Shown in pieces: positions 38,829-51,548 of a stretch of DNA of 64,000 nucleotides (within the stretch, counting starts at the first letter, position 1; every line of letters begins with the position of its first letter). A program made the position numbers and the translations under genes. The stretch is from Rhizodiscina lignyota. Its lineage: Eukaryota. The notes under the pieces are model-generated. The model ran no database searches. It had not been told where the DNA came from and saw only the letters and a program-made list of their open reading frames with translations. Location of the stretch: positions 620,001-684,000 of the forward strand of contig ML978129.1 of the NCBI GenBank assembly GCA_010015805.1, given 5' to 3'.

Positions 38829-39412
38829 TTTCGCACAGCTCTTTCTCAGAGGTTACAAGACAAAGTCCAGACTCTGCAAGGCTGTTTACCAAAAGCTGCC
38901 AGAACCTCAGGTCTTAAGGACGTAAGAAACCTCGCAAGTGATCCTTCGCGCCCATCGCCCATCTCCGCGTTTCCATTACAGCTCTTGTACTTTGCCATGC
39001 CCATGTTGCCCTTTTTCCGCCGCTGGTCGCGCTGTCACTGCAACGATGACCAGGATAGATGTCACGATAAGCTCCTTGAACGGTGGAAATGCGACGTGCT
39101 CTCCTTCCTGGGCGGGCATCTTGTCCTTGATAAGAATCGATCGCCGTTGAAGGGGCATGGATGCAGGCAACCGACTACCCTGATTAGGGCGCTTTCTCCG
39201 CGTTTGCTTCGGCGACATATCGCAAGTGGACCGAATGTACACGAGAACGTTGGTTGCTATTGCTAATTGAAACGTGACTTCGTTCGTACATTATGTGCGG
39301 AGGCTTCGTATAAGGTTGGGGTTGAGTCGAGCGTTGTAGTTACAGTTGTAGGACTTCCTTGACAAAAGCCAAGGACTTCCACGTATCACGATTGGTCTAT
39401 CAACAATTCAAG

Positions 39413-40828
39413 ATGGCATCTGCAGATGGACCCTTGATCAACCCCATTGTGCCGGAGTTAATTGATAAGATGGATCCGCAGTTTGTGGAAATATACACCA
39501 AGTATCAAGGTAAGGCTTGGCATGTATATACAACGTGACCATTCAGTTGAAAACTTGTCCGTTCTCACAATCGAAGCTAATACGCAGACAGCACCAAGAG
39601 TTAGAGCAGACCAAGTATCAATCGAGGAATACCGCAAGAACACTCCAAAATATACTTTCCCCATCACCGAAGGCCCCAAGCCAGAGGTAGGTAGCACAAG
39701 GATTTACAAAGTTCCTGTCGACAATCCCTCAGGAGAAATCCAAGTTGAAGTCTTCTTCCCATCTGAAGATGCCGCCCAAGCGGGAGGACTGAAGAATTCC
39801 GCGGGCCTGCCTTGCCATCTTGACTATCATGGAGGTATGTTCGTCTCCTTTACCTTTTCCCCTAGTTCCCATGCTACGCGGCCGCCAGATGTGACCATGC
39901 GACTTGATATTCTTCTTGTCGGGATAATATCTTCATCCAATACACAATTGCTAGTCCGTAATTAACCCCAATCATAGGCGGCTGGGTAATTGGCACTCTC
40001 AAATCCGACGAATCTTGGTGCCGACAAGCCTGCCAAATCCTCGGTATGGTCATCGTGAACGTCGACTACCGACTTGCGCCGGAATACCCCTATCCAGTGC
40101 AAATCTGGGACTCTTGGGCTGCTCTCAAATGGGTCATCGCCAACGCTTCAGAGCTCGGAATCGACCCTTCGCGCGTGTCGATCGGTGGCCTTTCTGCGGG
40201 CGGTCACTTGGCCGCCGTGTTGTCACTTCTGGCGCGCGATGAGCCCGGCATGCCGCCGCTGAAGCTGCAATTGCTGGTAGTGCCGGCGGTGGACTGTCGG
40301 TTCACGCCGATCGAAGGGCCGTATGATGCGAGCGTTGATCCGTATGAGAGCCATGTTAGTTGCTCGGACGCGCCTTGTTTGCCGCTTAACCGCATGAGGT
40401 GGTTTTCGAATCTGTGGCTCGGAACGGACCCAGGTAGCGAGATATCCTCCCCCGACTTGACATGAAGAAAATGCTGAGAATTTGTTCAACAGTGAAGCGT
40501 AAGGAATACACAAATGAGTGGATAGCATCGCCCATCCTGGCAGAGAATCATGCGAATCTCGCGCCGGCGTCCATTCATTGCGCTGAGTTCGATGTTCTGC
40601 GCTCGGAAGGTGAAGCTTATCACAAGAAACTGCAAGAGGCCGGTACAACGAGCCAGATAAAAATATACAAGGGTGTTGCGCATCCCTTCGGACATTGGGG
40701 TAAGATATTCCACACGTGCGAACGTTAACAGCATACTGACATGCACAATTTTAGACGGAGAGCTGGAGAAAGGCAAAGAATACGTGAGAGACACATTCGA
40801 CGTATTGAAGAAAGTACATGCACCCTAG
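39413..40828 (+). CDS. Alpha/beta hydrolase of the HSL/GDXG (Abhydrolase_3) esterase family
   Basis: HGGGWV oxyanion motif (split by an intron), VDYRLAPE, GLSAGG nucleophile, EFDVLRSEG, GVAHPF; 4 introns. Confidence 0.9.
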
Positions 40829-40974
40829 ATATAGAACTCCATTTTGGGTATTAGCTATTTTGTTGGCCAGCACCACTCGGGCCTGTGAGAGCCGTATGGT
40901 CGTCTGAGACCAGTATGGTATCTACCCGACATTTCCTCAGATGTGTACGACTTCGAAGCATATGAAGTCTTCGT

Positions 40975-42069
40975 TCAATCAGCAGGCCGTGATAGAACAA
41001 CATCTTCCATATCACCAATATCACTATCACCCTCGTCCTTCAAATCACCTTCTCCGTCTCCTGCTTCATCTCGTGCAATCTCCGGTGCAGCCTCGCTCCT
41101 GTTTAACGCCTCCTGCATATCTAACGACTCCCGGTACTGAGCAGCCAGCATGTATGTATTCGCGAATTGACCGGATTTGACGAGAACCGCGATTTTGTTC
41201 AATGTTTCTTTCACGTACGCTTCGGGCTGGTGTACCGCACGCACCAGCGACTTGAAATTCCAATATGCGTACTGACGGAAACAACCGAACAGCTTCTCGA
41301 AAAGCACGTTCTCCGGTAGGCGCTCCGCTTTGTTGAGTTGCCGTTTGGCTTGCTGTTGACCTGAACGTTGTTTTGCGCCTGTAAAGGCCCTCCATTGTCC
41401 GGCCGCAGCATCTTGAGCGTTCTCGCGGGTGTCCTCATTTTCGATGATGTTTGCCTCAGCCTGCGCTGCGGCAAACTCAGCTTCTCGTTTCACTCGCTGT
41501 ATGCGACGATACTCTTCGTTCTCGATAGGATGCAGCATGAATTCGTGGCGAGAGTACCCAGCTAGGGCGGTCTTCTTAGGTATTGAGCGGCGCGATCGGA
41601 AGTTGCTCCGCTTCTGTACGCCTGTTCTTTGTCCGCCGCGGTGATTGTAGATGCCGGGTCTGTAGCCCGGAAGGTCTTTTTCGGTAAATAGGAAGGTGTT
41701 CTGAGGTTCCATGTTCGTGACGTTCATTTCGTAGTCCTTCGGGACCAAATCAAGACCAGGCAGATCGTACTTGAGGTAGAGCCGCATCTCTTGCTGTCCA
41801 TTGCCCTTATCCCAAACCTTGATGGAACCTACTTGGATAGGCTCATCCTGCGACACTGTAGTGTCGCTTAGAACTTGCCATAGCTCTTTTGGTACTCTTG
41901 TCAAGAAGACACCCGGGTTTGACGCTTCATCTTTTGGCATTGAGAGCTCGCCCGTATCCTCCTCCTCCACCTCTTCAGACATCGTTGACATCGGCGTGCC
42001 CACGTCGGCTGGCTCATCTTTGATGGGTATCACATCCTCTGACTTCACGCCATTCATCGTTGCTGCCAT
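40975..42069 (-). CDS. TFG2: TFIIF beta subunit (RAP30)
   Basis: VFLTRVPKELW, VPKDYEM, IPKKTALAG, winged helix LFGCFRQYAYWNFKSL...QPEAYVKETL. Confidence 0.88.
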   Translation of the reverse strand: MAATMNGVKSEDVIPIKDEPADVGTPMSTMSEEVEEEDTGELSMPKDEASNPGVFLTRVPKELWQVLSDTTVSQDEPIQVGSIKVWDKGNGQQEMRLYLKYDLPGLDLVPKDYEMNVTNMEPQNTFLFTEKDLPGYRPGIYNHRGGQRTGVQKRSNFRSRRSIPKKTALAGYSRHEFMLHPIENEEYRRIQRVKREAEFAAAQAEANIIENEDTRENAQDAAAGQWRAFTGAKQRSGQQQAKRQLNKAERLPENVLFEKLFGCFRQYAYWNFKSLVRAVHQPEAYVKETLNKIAVLVKSGQFANTYMLAAQYRESLDMQEALNRSEAAPEIARDEAGDGEGDLKDEGDSDIGDMEDVVLSRPAD

Positions 42070-42466
42070 GGTTGGTCGAGCTGACGAGGAGAATGTCGAA
42101 GTCGTGAGGTGTTAAAGATCGGAGGTTTCGTGACTGCCGCTTTCGCAAGTGGCATTCGCGTGGTGGGTGATTGTGTCGCAAAAATCGCTATGGAATTATC
42201 GATGGAAGGAAGAGAACAGAGTGGAGTGGGAGGATGCGAAATGTGTGAGGAGTTCATCGAACAAAGGCGTTGCAGTTGGAGCTGTGCTGCGGAGTAGGCA
42301 TTCACTGAGGTTACTAACCCCTGCAACACGCGAGCTTCCACCTCCACCTTAAGCACCGCACATCGACTCTCCAATCTGCAGCTTCATTCCTCCACCGTCG
42401 GTCGCATCTCCCTGGGATAATTTGCCGAAGCTCAGCAAACGTCTAAACATATCTGAGCAACCCAAC

Positions 42467-43717
42467 ATGGCGTCTTCAGAGGTCGTCTCCGCTCTCAAAC
42501 AGCTCGAATCGTCCCCGGATCCTGCAGGCTACAATGACCTACTCTCCAAAATCCTCTCCTCGTCAGGCTCCGATGATACCCTCTCCGCCAATCTCATCGC
42601 CTACGTCAAATCAATCCTAGCTGACGCGCTCGGCATAATCATTTCACGACCTCTTCTCTCCTCCTTCGTCACACAGTTCGGCAATGTCTCGTCTCCCCAC
42701 GTCAAAATTGAAGTCGGCCAGAGCGCTCTTGCGCTGATCCAGCCGAAAGTGATCAGCTTCGATGAGCAAGATTCACAACTCAAATTCATACTTGCGGACG
42801 CATTCGAAGCCAACGAAGATTACGTAGGCTCTGCCAAGATACTGCAGCAGATCAATCTAGATGGCAGCCAGCGCAACATTTCGGCAGACGATCGGGCAAG
42901 AGTTTGGGTACGCATCGTACGGTGTTACCTCGAGGAAGATGATCCTACCAGCGCGACCGGCTATCTCAACCGCATCAAGCCCGTGCTACATGATGTCACC
43001 CAGGCGGTTACGAGACTGGAGTTCCAATTAAGTCAAGCGCGGATTTTGGATTCACAGAGACAGTTCCTTGAAGCGAGCACCGCGTATCACACAATATCTT
43101 CTGTGCCGACTATTGATGAGAGCGAGAGACTATACACGCTGAGCCAGGCTATGATCTGCGCTGTGCTGGCCCCTGCTGGACCACAACGTGGAAGGACCCT
43201 GGCCAGACTCTACAAGGACGACCGGGCAAATCAGGTTGAAGAGTTTAGCATTCTGGAGAAGATCTTCTTAGATCGGCTATTATCACCAGAAGAAGTGAAG
43301 GCATTTGCGTCACGCCTAAAACCACATCATCTAGCGAAAACGAGCGATGGTTCCACGGTCCTGGACAAGGCAGTCTTGGAGCACAATCTGCTTGGCGCGT
43401 CGCGTCTGTATGCAAATATTAGCATCGATGCTCTCGGAGAGCTACTTGGCGTTGATAGCGACAAGGCCGAGCAGTACGCGGCCCAAATGATTGGCGAGGG
43501 CCGCGTGGCGGGATATATCGACCAAATCGACCGATACATCTTTTTCGAGGGCGAAGGCAGTGGACAGCGGAAGGTTGGAATGAAAGAGCGAGTTGTGGGG
43601 ATGGAGCTGAGGCGATGGGATGAAGGGGTCAAGGGGCTCGCTGAGGATGTGGAGCGCGTGGCAACGATGATTCAAGTGCAGCATCCAGAGTTCTACGCTC
43701 AGCATATGGTGCATTGA
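42467..43717 (+). CDS. CSN4: COP9 signalosome subunit 4
   Basis: QARILDSQRQFLEA, CAVLAPAGPQR, PCI domain AVLEHNLLGASRLYANI...GYIDQIDR. Confidence 0.95.
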   Translation: MASSEVVSALKQLESSPDPAGYNDLLSKILSSSGSDDTLSANLIAYVKSILADALGIIISRPLLSSFVTQFGNVSSPHVKIEVGQSALALIQPKVISFDEQDSQLKFILADAFEANEDYVGSAKILQQINLDGSQRNISADDRARVWVRIVRCYLEEDDPTSATGYLNRIKPVLHDVTQAVTRLEFQLSQARILDSQRQFLEASTAYHTISSVPTIDESERLYTLSQAMICAVLAPAGPQRGRTLARLYKDDRANQVEEFSILEKIFLDRLLSPEEVKAFASRLKPHHLAKTSDGSTVLDKAVLEHNLLGASRLYANISIDALGELLGVDSDKAEQYAAQMIGEGRVAGYIDQIDRYIFFEGEGSGQRKVGMKERVVGMELRRWDEGVKGLAEDVERVATMIQVQHPEFYAQHMVH

Positions 43718-44699
43718 GGCTCCATTACTCGCTCACGTTTAACGACCATAGCGACAGGCGTTCACTGGAATTAGAAGAGCTATTATTCCGGGCAATGGTA
43801 CAAAGCTCCACTGGCTGGCAAACAGATTCGAGGCGCTCATGCTACATTACGGATACTCCTTACAAAGAGGACTAATTGTATAGATGATGCCACTTAATGC
43901 AAGTAGCAGCACGAAGCTCCAGGAAGGAAAGAGCAAAGTCATAGCCCTTCCAATGAGACGAGGCTTAAACTGATTATTCATGAATTTGCAAATGCGAAAC
44001 ATAAATTATTCCCAATTCCATGATGAGGCTCTTCGGCGCGTGCCATAGTATATACCTTAGTGCTGACACCGCCAAGTCCGCAGGGCTGAATTACATACCG
44101 CAAAGTTGAATGCACCGCCTTTCCACATCTTCTAAACTTGTCATTAAAAGCTTACGCTCTTGTCCGTTCCTATAATAGACCGTAATACCTTCTCACGAAC
44201 TGACTGCCCAAGGTCTCTATAAAGCTGTTGTCGCGTACCTTTAGAGGTGGTGCATCGATTCCCATGCAGCGCTTGAACAACTTGAATGGGCACCATAAGC
44301 CAGCCTCAACTAGATGGATTACAAAGACAGTGATCCCATGCGCTTCCCCGCATTTCTCACGGGACAACCTTAAAGAGAAGAAATTACCCAACAGAGTACT
44401 TTCTTTACCGTTCGTGGAGGGGTGGCCGCTGCAGTTAGAGCTCAGCCCCATGTCTTCTGACCACCCCTTCCAACTTTTAGCTGCACGATAGAGGCTGGTA
44501 AGGCGCAACTGGAGATCGGTGGCACGGAGCGGTCACCAGGCAATCGTGCCTGCTGAATCACTGTACAGGCTGTATATTTGGTTTCCATCGCTTCGTCCCA
44601 GGCTTTACTTTGTCTTCTTAATGGTGTAAGCGCTCCTTTACAGTCTCGACCCCTCGTATCACTTCAGTTGCCACCTCACCTATCGTTCATACGCTCAGA

Positions 44700-46124
44700 A
44701 TGCCTGTCGAATTCCTGGCGTCCCAGACGGGACTCTCACCTGCGATTCAAGATCCACTCCCATACACTGGCGGCCCCCTCTACTTGCTTTGGGCGGATTT
44801 GCTTCTTATACTGCGATGCATGCCAACAGCTCTCGGGATTTTCTTACCGCTCAACTTGCTCCACCCTGATATCCGCGATGAGCTGTACCCTGGGTCCTGG
44901 AGAAACCTCTTTTCTCTCTTCCTTCACGTCGTCCTTGTCTTCATGCAAGCTAGCTTCTTGATCTCTCTCATCAGCTGCTTGTTCGTACCTCTTGGATGGT
45001 TTATCGTCTACGTTGCCTTCTTTATGCTTCTGAATTATGGCATTTGCTGGTTCCTCAACGGAAGTACGATCCAGTTGGTCTCACAAGTTGAGGTGGAAAA
45101 CGAGGAGAATCATGCTTCAGAGTACTGGGTTTACTTGAACGGCGTGTCTGTTGGGTAAGTTGTAATACATTGGGGTATGGCATGATCTAAGCACTGACGT
45201 TAAAAGTCGGGATTGGCTCCAAAGTAATGTCGATCGATTGTCCGAAACCTTTGGTCGCCGTGTTCACGGTGTTCATAACCCAACCGATGGAATCATTTTT
45301 GATCTCATCCAATGTTTGGTCAGTAATGGTGCGTCTCAAGTACAATGCAATCAACTGATCTTCTCAAGGTCCAACGTAACTTCTCTTATTCGACGCAGGA
45401 TGTCCGCGATGGCTATGCGCTCATAAAAGAAGCACTGCTTAACGAAGACTATACAAAGATTGTCTTCATCCTTCACAGCCAAGGCGGCATTGAAGGAGGC
45501 CTGATTGTAGATTGGCTTCTGAACGAGATCCCGCAGGACCTTCTCCATCGACTCGAAATATACACGTTTGGAAATGCCGCAAACCATTTCAACAATCCCC
45601 ATAAGTCGTCGACAAGGCATCTCGCTGAAGAGCTTGAGGTCACCGCGGACGACTCGCATTCAGCGATCCGGCACATCGAGCATTACGCTAATTCTGGCGA
45701 CTTTGTCTCCCGGTTTGGCGTTCTCAGCTTCATCAGCGTGCGAAACCGCTTCATGGGCCGCCTGTTTCAGGGCCCGGGCAGTGGCCATTTACTCAATCAG
45801 CACTACCTCTCCGAAATGTTCCCGCTGGATGAGAATCGCAAAGCATCGGAGGAGAACGCTTTCATGGATATGGAAGTCACATTCAGCCCATACGACCAGA
45901 AAAGTATCTTGCGAGAGAGCGTTCCATTTAGCTTCTACAGCTGTGCTGACCGAGTTGGAGAAGCAGATGTCGCGTTCGTTGGGGATGTCAACACGCCAAT
46001 TACGCCAGTGCAGATTTCGTCGCCGAATTCACTTGTATTGGAAGAGAGAACACCCAGAACGTTAAGGGTGAGGGATTTTAGTCGGTTGTGGAAGTACCGG
46101 AACGGGATGTCGCCAGAGTCGTGA
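44700..46124 (+). CDS. Fungal membrane-anchored alpha/beta-hydrolase-fold protein
   Basis: N-terminal TM segments, YLNGVSVG, VHNPTDGIIFDL, HSQGG nucleophile elbow, YTFGNAANHF; introns 45155-45206 and 45319-45368. Confidence 0.8.
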
Positions 46125-46504
46125 GGGTGTCGCGTTTGCTTCCGCTTTATTCCTATTACTGTTGAGAAAGAGATACCCTGAGATTATTGTTCTCGCTATT
46201 TCGTTATTGAAATTTTCAGAATACAATTAGCCCTTGCGTTGTTGGTTTTACAACTCATCGTGAGACATTGATGCCGCGTTGTTCCCATCGGCTTGCTATT
46301 GTTGGCAAACTTATTCACCAGAACAGCGCGAGATCAATACAGCAGGATATCTCATAGATCAATAACAGTAGCATTGTCAACCTGATGCAAGGGTCTGTTG
46401 TCTAGAAACGGCAAACAAGAACAAAGAAATTCTCCCAGTCATGAAACATAAAAATGCTCGCCAATCTACCTACCTTCCTGCCATTAATTACGCAATCATT
46501 CAAA

Positions 46505-46933
46505 ATGTGCTACCATCAGCTGTACATATTCACCACCTGCGGCCACTCCACTCTCTCCTCGACTCCCATCCACCTCTGCGCACACTTCCTCTCCACGGAG
46601 AACCCATCTAGCAGCACAACCTGCCCGTCCCCGCCGCAAACGCATCCCTACCGCTCGCATAAAACCCACACGCTCTGCCTCTTCTGCTCACTACGCCGCG
46701 ACTACCTGCTCATGAGCCTGGAGTCTGAACAGCAAGAAGTGCGCTTCGACGAGTGGCGCTGGAAGGTCGCGTATCGCAACCCTGCGGCTGACAGCGAAGG
46801 ATGGCGGCGGTGGGGGAACGACGAAGCGCGGCACGGCACGTTGGGCGTCGAGGAGATGGAGAGGAGGATAGAGGCTCTGAGGAAGGCGAAGGTCGGTGGT
46901 GGGATGGTGAAGGTTGGCTTTGCACTAAAATGA
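46505..46933 (+). CDS. Small Cys/His-rich hypothetical protein
   Basis: MCYHQLYIFTTCGHS...C...C...HPY...LCLFC pattern of a small fungal Zn-binding-like protein; strong aaaATG context. Confidence 0.7.
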   Translation: MCYHQLYIFTTCGHSTLSSTPIHLCAHFLSTENPSSSTTCPSPPQTHPYRSHKTHTLCLFCSLRRDYLLMSLESEQQEVRFDEWRWKVAYRNPAADSEGWRRWGNDEARHGTLGVEEMERRIEALRKAKVGGGMVKVGFALK

Positions 46934-47158
46934 AGAGGTGATGTTTGCGGGATATGCATGTGGGACGTAAGGGTATCAATTACATAAGCGAGGGTTTGAC
47001 TTCAACCCTCAATCGATGTCCACGATCCTCATTTCGCGAGCTTTGGGAATCAACGCAAGAGCTCCGGCATCTCCATTGAAGGCTGGTTCACGCTTTCTAC
47101 GTTTCCCTCGACCACCTTATCTCCTTCACGCCATCCGAAACGCTCCTCACTCACCGCA

Positions 47159-47590
47159 ATGCCAACGCCAGAGTCTGAGTACTTCCTGTCGAGGAAGCCC
47201 AAGGTCCCTCCCACCTTCGACGGCGTCGACTACGATGACAACAGAGCGGTGAACGCGGCGCAAGATGCGATTCTCAGGGAGCAATGGATCAAGAACATGA
47301 TGGCGCGGTTAGTGCGGGACGAGCTGTCGAAGTGCTACTGGCGGGAGGGCGTCAATCATTTGGAGAAGTGCGGGAAGCTGAGGGGTGAGTCTACATTTTT
47401 GTGCAATGCTGCAGTTCTGGAAGAGACGCACTGCGTTGGTGCACGTTAGGGCGCTGGAACAGTCTATATCACTTTATGGGAGCAATTGCTGACGCTGTCT
47501 CCCACCCCAGAACGCTATCTCGAACTATTAAAAGACGGGAAAGTCAAGGGATACCTCTTCGAACAACAGAATTACATCAAGAAGCCGTAA
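47159..47590 (+). CDS. NDUFB10: Complex I 12-kDa accessory subunit (NDUFB10/PDSW family)
   Basis: MPTPESEYFLSRKPKVPPTFDGVDYDD...REQW...LSKCYWREGVNHLEKCGKLR/ERYLEL; one intron. Confidence 0.92.
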
Positions 47591-48247
47591 TGAGCACCAC
47601 CCCACTGCGGCCAAAGACGGGATTGGAGTGAGCATGCTAGAGGACGCAGACACTTGTGGTGTGCGCAGTCAGGAACGACAAGGAAACTTTGGCATTAGAG
47701 TCAACGACACTTTGATTCAATTTGGAGTGTCAGGAAACCCATAAGAGAGCACTGTACGCTAGTGATGAAACACTGTACATATGATCATGAATATCATCAC
47801 AGCACCATATTTAAGAATTGTTGTAAGGAGAAGTAGTTGTCATTATCTGCAATGTAGCCGAGGTGAAACACCTCTGCATCGATGTTGAGTAGAGCAAAAC
47901 AAAAGCAAAAACTAAAAGTCCACAACTCCGAAGGAAATCCCAGGCCGTATTGAAACGCACGTAAATGACATGTTTGGCTCTGGCCCGAGCCACAATTACT
48001 TAAGCGATACAGCTCGGGGACCTGCTCAAGCGACATAGAAACATGCAGCCTCGCCGGGCTGCTCTTGGAAAACAATTGCTCAATGGCGCTTGAGCAGGCC
48101 TATCCCTCGCAATCGCAGCATGGCAGGACGCTATTCAGACATTAGCTTTAGCATGAGCAAAACAGACATTCTCTCATTCCGTCACTTACTTGACGTTCTC
48201 GTTTCGAACGAGATTCATCAGCTTGGGCCATGAAGATCGTGTGAGAT

Positions 48248-49322
48248 CTAATATATGTTAGAGGATACTTGCTTGGTTTGCAGAGCAACAAAGAGAATAC
48301 CTTCAGTCTCATTTCGGACAAGCTCCTGCGCCTCCAGCGCAATGGACGTCCAACCAGGAAACCTCTGGCACAGTGAGGTTTGCACCAGCGTCGGGTGCAC
48401 ATAAGGTTGAAGGCGAAGGGCCTTCATTGCCTCTTCGAATCGCTTCCGAGCCTCCTCGGGAAGCGATGCCATAGATGCATCCACGTTGGACAGCGTCTGG
48501 AGCCAATCACGCGGAAGAGCCAGAAAGGCGATTGGTGTTTTGCTGTTGGTGAGAACGCGAAACGGCCTGGGGATGGTGTATTTTGCAATGTGCACACCGA
48601 GCTTGTAATGGTTCCTTAAGAGCTGTAAAATATTAATCTCGGCATCAAATGCGCAAAGTCAGACTTACCTTTCCAATGTCCGACGTGCGAGTCGAACAAG
48701 CCTTAGCAAAACGAACCATCTTCGCTTCGAAGTTGTCCCCCCAATCGCCGCACTTCTCATCAACATAGTCTTCGAGGTACTTGGTGATTTCATGGACCAG
48801 CTCGGGTTTGATGCGACAACCGCACACGTCCATATGGTGGTGTTTGAGGTACTCTTCGATTTCACAATGCAGCTCTGACTTGGTGGGCCGGTCCCCGTCA
48901 TCAGAGTCTGAGTCCAATTCAGGTGAGCTTCGGCGACAACTCAGGAGGTCAGGGGTTTCCTCCGTTACTACCTCAAATGCCTCCTGACACATGGCATGGA
49001 ATTCACCCTCATTGAAATGGTCGTGGAATCCGCATTCATCCTCGAAGCAGCGTCGAAGCTTCTCAATCTCCGAATAGATCACTTCTCTCTCATTTTTGAC
49101 AAGTACATCAATGATTTCGAGAATGAGCTCGGGGGGAAGGGTCTTGATGTATGCTGGTCCGCCGATGGAGTTGTCGCAGTATAGCTGCAACGCAGAGCAA
49201 GCCTTGGCTGTGCGCGCGTGCGCCGACAGATGCGCATAGAGTTCGGAAATGTTGACCGGTATGCCCCATGTAAGACCGGTGACATTGGGGAGGCGTCCAT
49301 GAGCTGGGTTGTGACACGGCAT
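48248..49322 (-). CDS. Hypothetical protein with an F-box-like LPPELILEI motif
   Basis: Two exons joined by a GTAAGT...CAG intron (~48623-48668); LTWGIPV, IKTLPPELILEII, Cys/His cluster; no family recognised. Confidence 0.65.
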
Positions 49323-50183
49323 TTTGGAAGGTAAGGTGCCAGATGGCCTGGAGAACGATACAGAGGCAAATTGACTGCTCTTGATGCGCAAGCTGACGAT
49401 GGGCAAAGATGGTGCGAGGATGTTGGAAAACTTGGTGTCAATTTTCGATTATGTGCGAGCGAAGAAAATTTTTCCTGTCGTCATAGCGACGATGATGAGG
49501 AAGTCACGCATGGGTCGGGACCGGAAAATTGTGCCTGCCTCCTTCGTCCGGGTGTGAACTTCGAGACATCGGACCAGCCATCGGCAATAGTTGCAACGTC
49601 CAAGCTGAGCTTCGAGACTTCGAGACTGCGAGACCTCAGGCCACCCATCGGCAACAGTGGCCATGTCAAAACTGAACATTGGGCACACGCGAGGCCTTCG
49701 CTTAATGAGGCTCCTGCCCAGAAGTAATCAGTAGCTCTACAACAGCTCATCGAGCCGCAGGCCCTGATGGCCAAAGTGAGTCCTCGGCTAACCTGGCCTG
49801 CTGCTGTGCCTCAACCGCTACCGGCGAGTCTGCTATGTCCCTCATTAGTCGCCAGGACTGCAAATCACTCCCCGTGATGTCGACTAAAAGATCCGGCCAT
49901 GCTCTTTTCATACAGCGGATGCATCCCAACCCATGAAAATCAGACACTACAGGTGAAGCAACAGGAAGTAAGTTCTTGAAACATAACAAACGTGATCTTT
50001 TAAAGGAACTGTATAATGATAGAAATACTTACTGCAACGCCGAACTTCAAACGCCAAACATCATCCCTACCTTTAGCAAATTCAATCGGCGACTATCAAT
50101 TATAGCTGCTCGGTATCTCTCTTTCATTTGGCGGCACCTTCGGCCAACCTCCTCAAGCGGTCGGTACCGCCATTTTGAGGTCT

Positions 50184-51167
50184 CTACACCCTGCTACTGA
50201 TTTCTCGGAAGAACTTCTCGTCTCCGCTCGGACGCATATCATCCATGCTGAGGAAGTTGTTCTCTGTACCAACGCAATTCTCGTTAATGCGCATGGCCTG
50301 TTGCATTGCTGCCTGTCCTTCAAGGAATACATGATAGTCGTCAGAGGTATCCTTATAGGTCCTTTTGAAGAAAATCCATTGAAGCTGGGCCTTCCGTAGC
50401 AGGGCACAGGCGTATCTGGTGTCTCTGATGCCTAATCTTTGGAGCGCGGTAACATACTGACCTGATTTTTGCATCAAGCCTTCCTCCTCGCCTTGTCGAG
50501 GTATGCAATGGACTCCTCCAAGCTTTTGGCATTCGTCAATCTTAAGCGTGTCGTGGAGGTCGCGCACTGTCAGTCGATCCATAACAGCGCCTGAATGGCA
50601 GCAGATCTCACAGACGCAAAGGAAGCCGTATACATCGATTAGGTACTGTCGCTGCTGGTGAGGATTAAGCATGCAAGCATAATCGATCACGATCTCCTCA
50701 CCTTCATGGATATCCTTCAGCGCACGAAGCCGTCCCAACAGCGTCTCTCCGTCCAATGCAACAATGGCATTCGGTGAACAGGAATGGTTTGCCGCACTTA
50801 TTTCATCGTAGGCGATGAGCCAAGCGCCTCCGTTTCCTTGACCTTCCCACCCAAAGCAGTTCGTTTTCATGCGCCAAAACATCTTGTGATCCGGCTTTTC
50901 TTGAAAACTGAGCCTAAGAAATGCGGCGCGTTCCGCAGCAGGTAGCCTATTAAGAACTTCATCGGCCAGAACATTTTCATACCAAACTTGGTTGCCCTCG
51001 AGAAACGTCTTCAAGTCAACCCCTCGGGGTGCTTTAAGGCTTAAGATATGAGGTTCGTGGATGATGACACTGCCACATGCAATCGCGCTCGTGGCAACAA
51101 GCGCTCTGCCTTTCCCCCGCCAGTCCTCGTCGATTCGATAGACCTTATTTGGATTTTGGTTCGACAT
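50184..51167 (-). CDS. SET-domain lysine methyltransferase (SMYD/Set5-like), copy A, intronless
   Basis: GKGRALVA, ANHSCSPNA, EEIVIDY, post-SET YGFLCVCEIC. Confidence 0.88.
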   Translation of the reverse strand: MSNQNPNKVYRIDEDWRGKGRALVATSAIACGSVIIHEPHILSLKAPRGVDLKTFLEGNQVWYENVLADEVLNRLPAAERAAFLRLSFQEKPDHKMFWRMKTNCFGWEGQGNGGAWLIAYDEISAANHSCSPNAIVALDGETLLGRLRALKDIHEGEEIVIDYACMLNPHQQRQYLIDVYGFLCVCEICCHSGAVMDRLTVRDLHDTLKIDECQKLGGVHCIPRQGEEEGLMQKSGQYVTALQRLGIRDTRYACALLRKAQLQWIFFKRTYKDTSDDYHVFLEGQAAMQQAMRINENCVGTENNFLSMDDMRPSGDEKFFREISSRV

Positions 51168-51174
51168 CTTGGAT

Positions 51175-51270
51175 GATGGAAGTATTATTCTGAATGTGTT
51201 AATCAGGATGGGGGTATTATCCTGAATGTGTTAATCAGGATAGAAGTATGATTCTGAATGGGTTAATCAG
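51175..51270. repeat. 3 x 32-bp imperfect tandem repeat immediately upstream of SET copy A
   Basis: gatggaagtattattctgaatgtgttaatcag / gatgggggtattatcctgaatgtgttaatcag / gatagaagtatgattctgaatgggttaatcag. Confidence 0.95.
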
Positions 51271-51548
51271 TGGACGGAGTGGTTCAAGCATCTTATATAT
51301 GATTGACTACTCACAATTGCATTGTCTGGATTGCTTTGACAATGCTTTGGTGAGATCACCACATCGAGTCTTGTTTTAGAAACAGAGGACCATGAAAGAA
51401 TGCTGCTCCATCCTTGTTGGCCTGTTGTCGTTTGATTGAAAGAAACCCCCCCCCAGGCTGTTGAGATGAGATATGCTGCGATCGTTGTGTTCCTCTTGCG
51501 ATCCGAGCAGACTTCCGCTGCTCGTCATTCGGATCCTTAGGTGTTTTC

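Noticed and set aside
9258..43717. wc-1 and CSN4 as a light/clock gene cluster
   Set aside because: They are 30 kb apart with many unrelated genes between.
47762..47800. gtgatga...tcatcac inverted repeat / box C-like motif
   Set aside because: Only a 7-bp stem and no suitably placed box D; not enough for a snoRNA call.
51175..51270. CRISPR-like array
   Set aside because: Contiguous tandem units without unique spacers, no cas genes, fungal genome.
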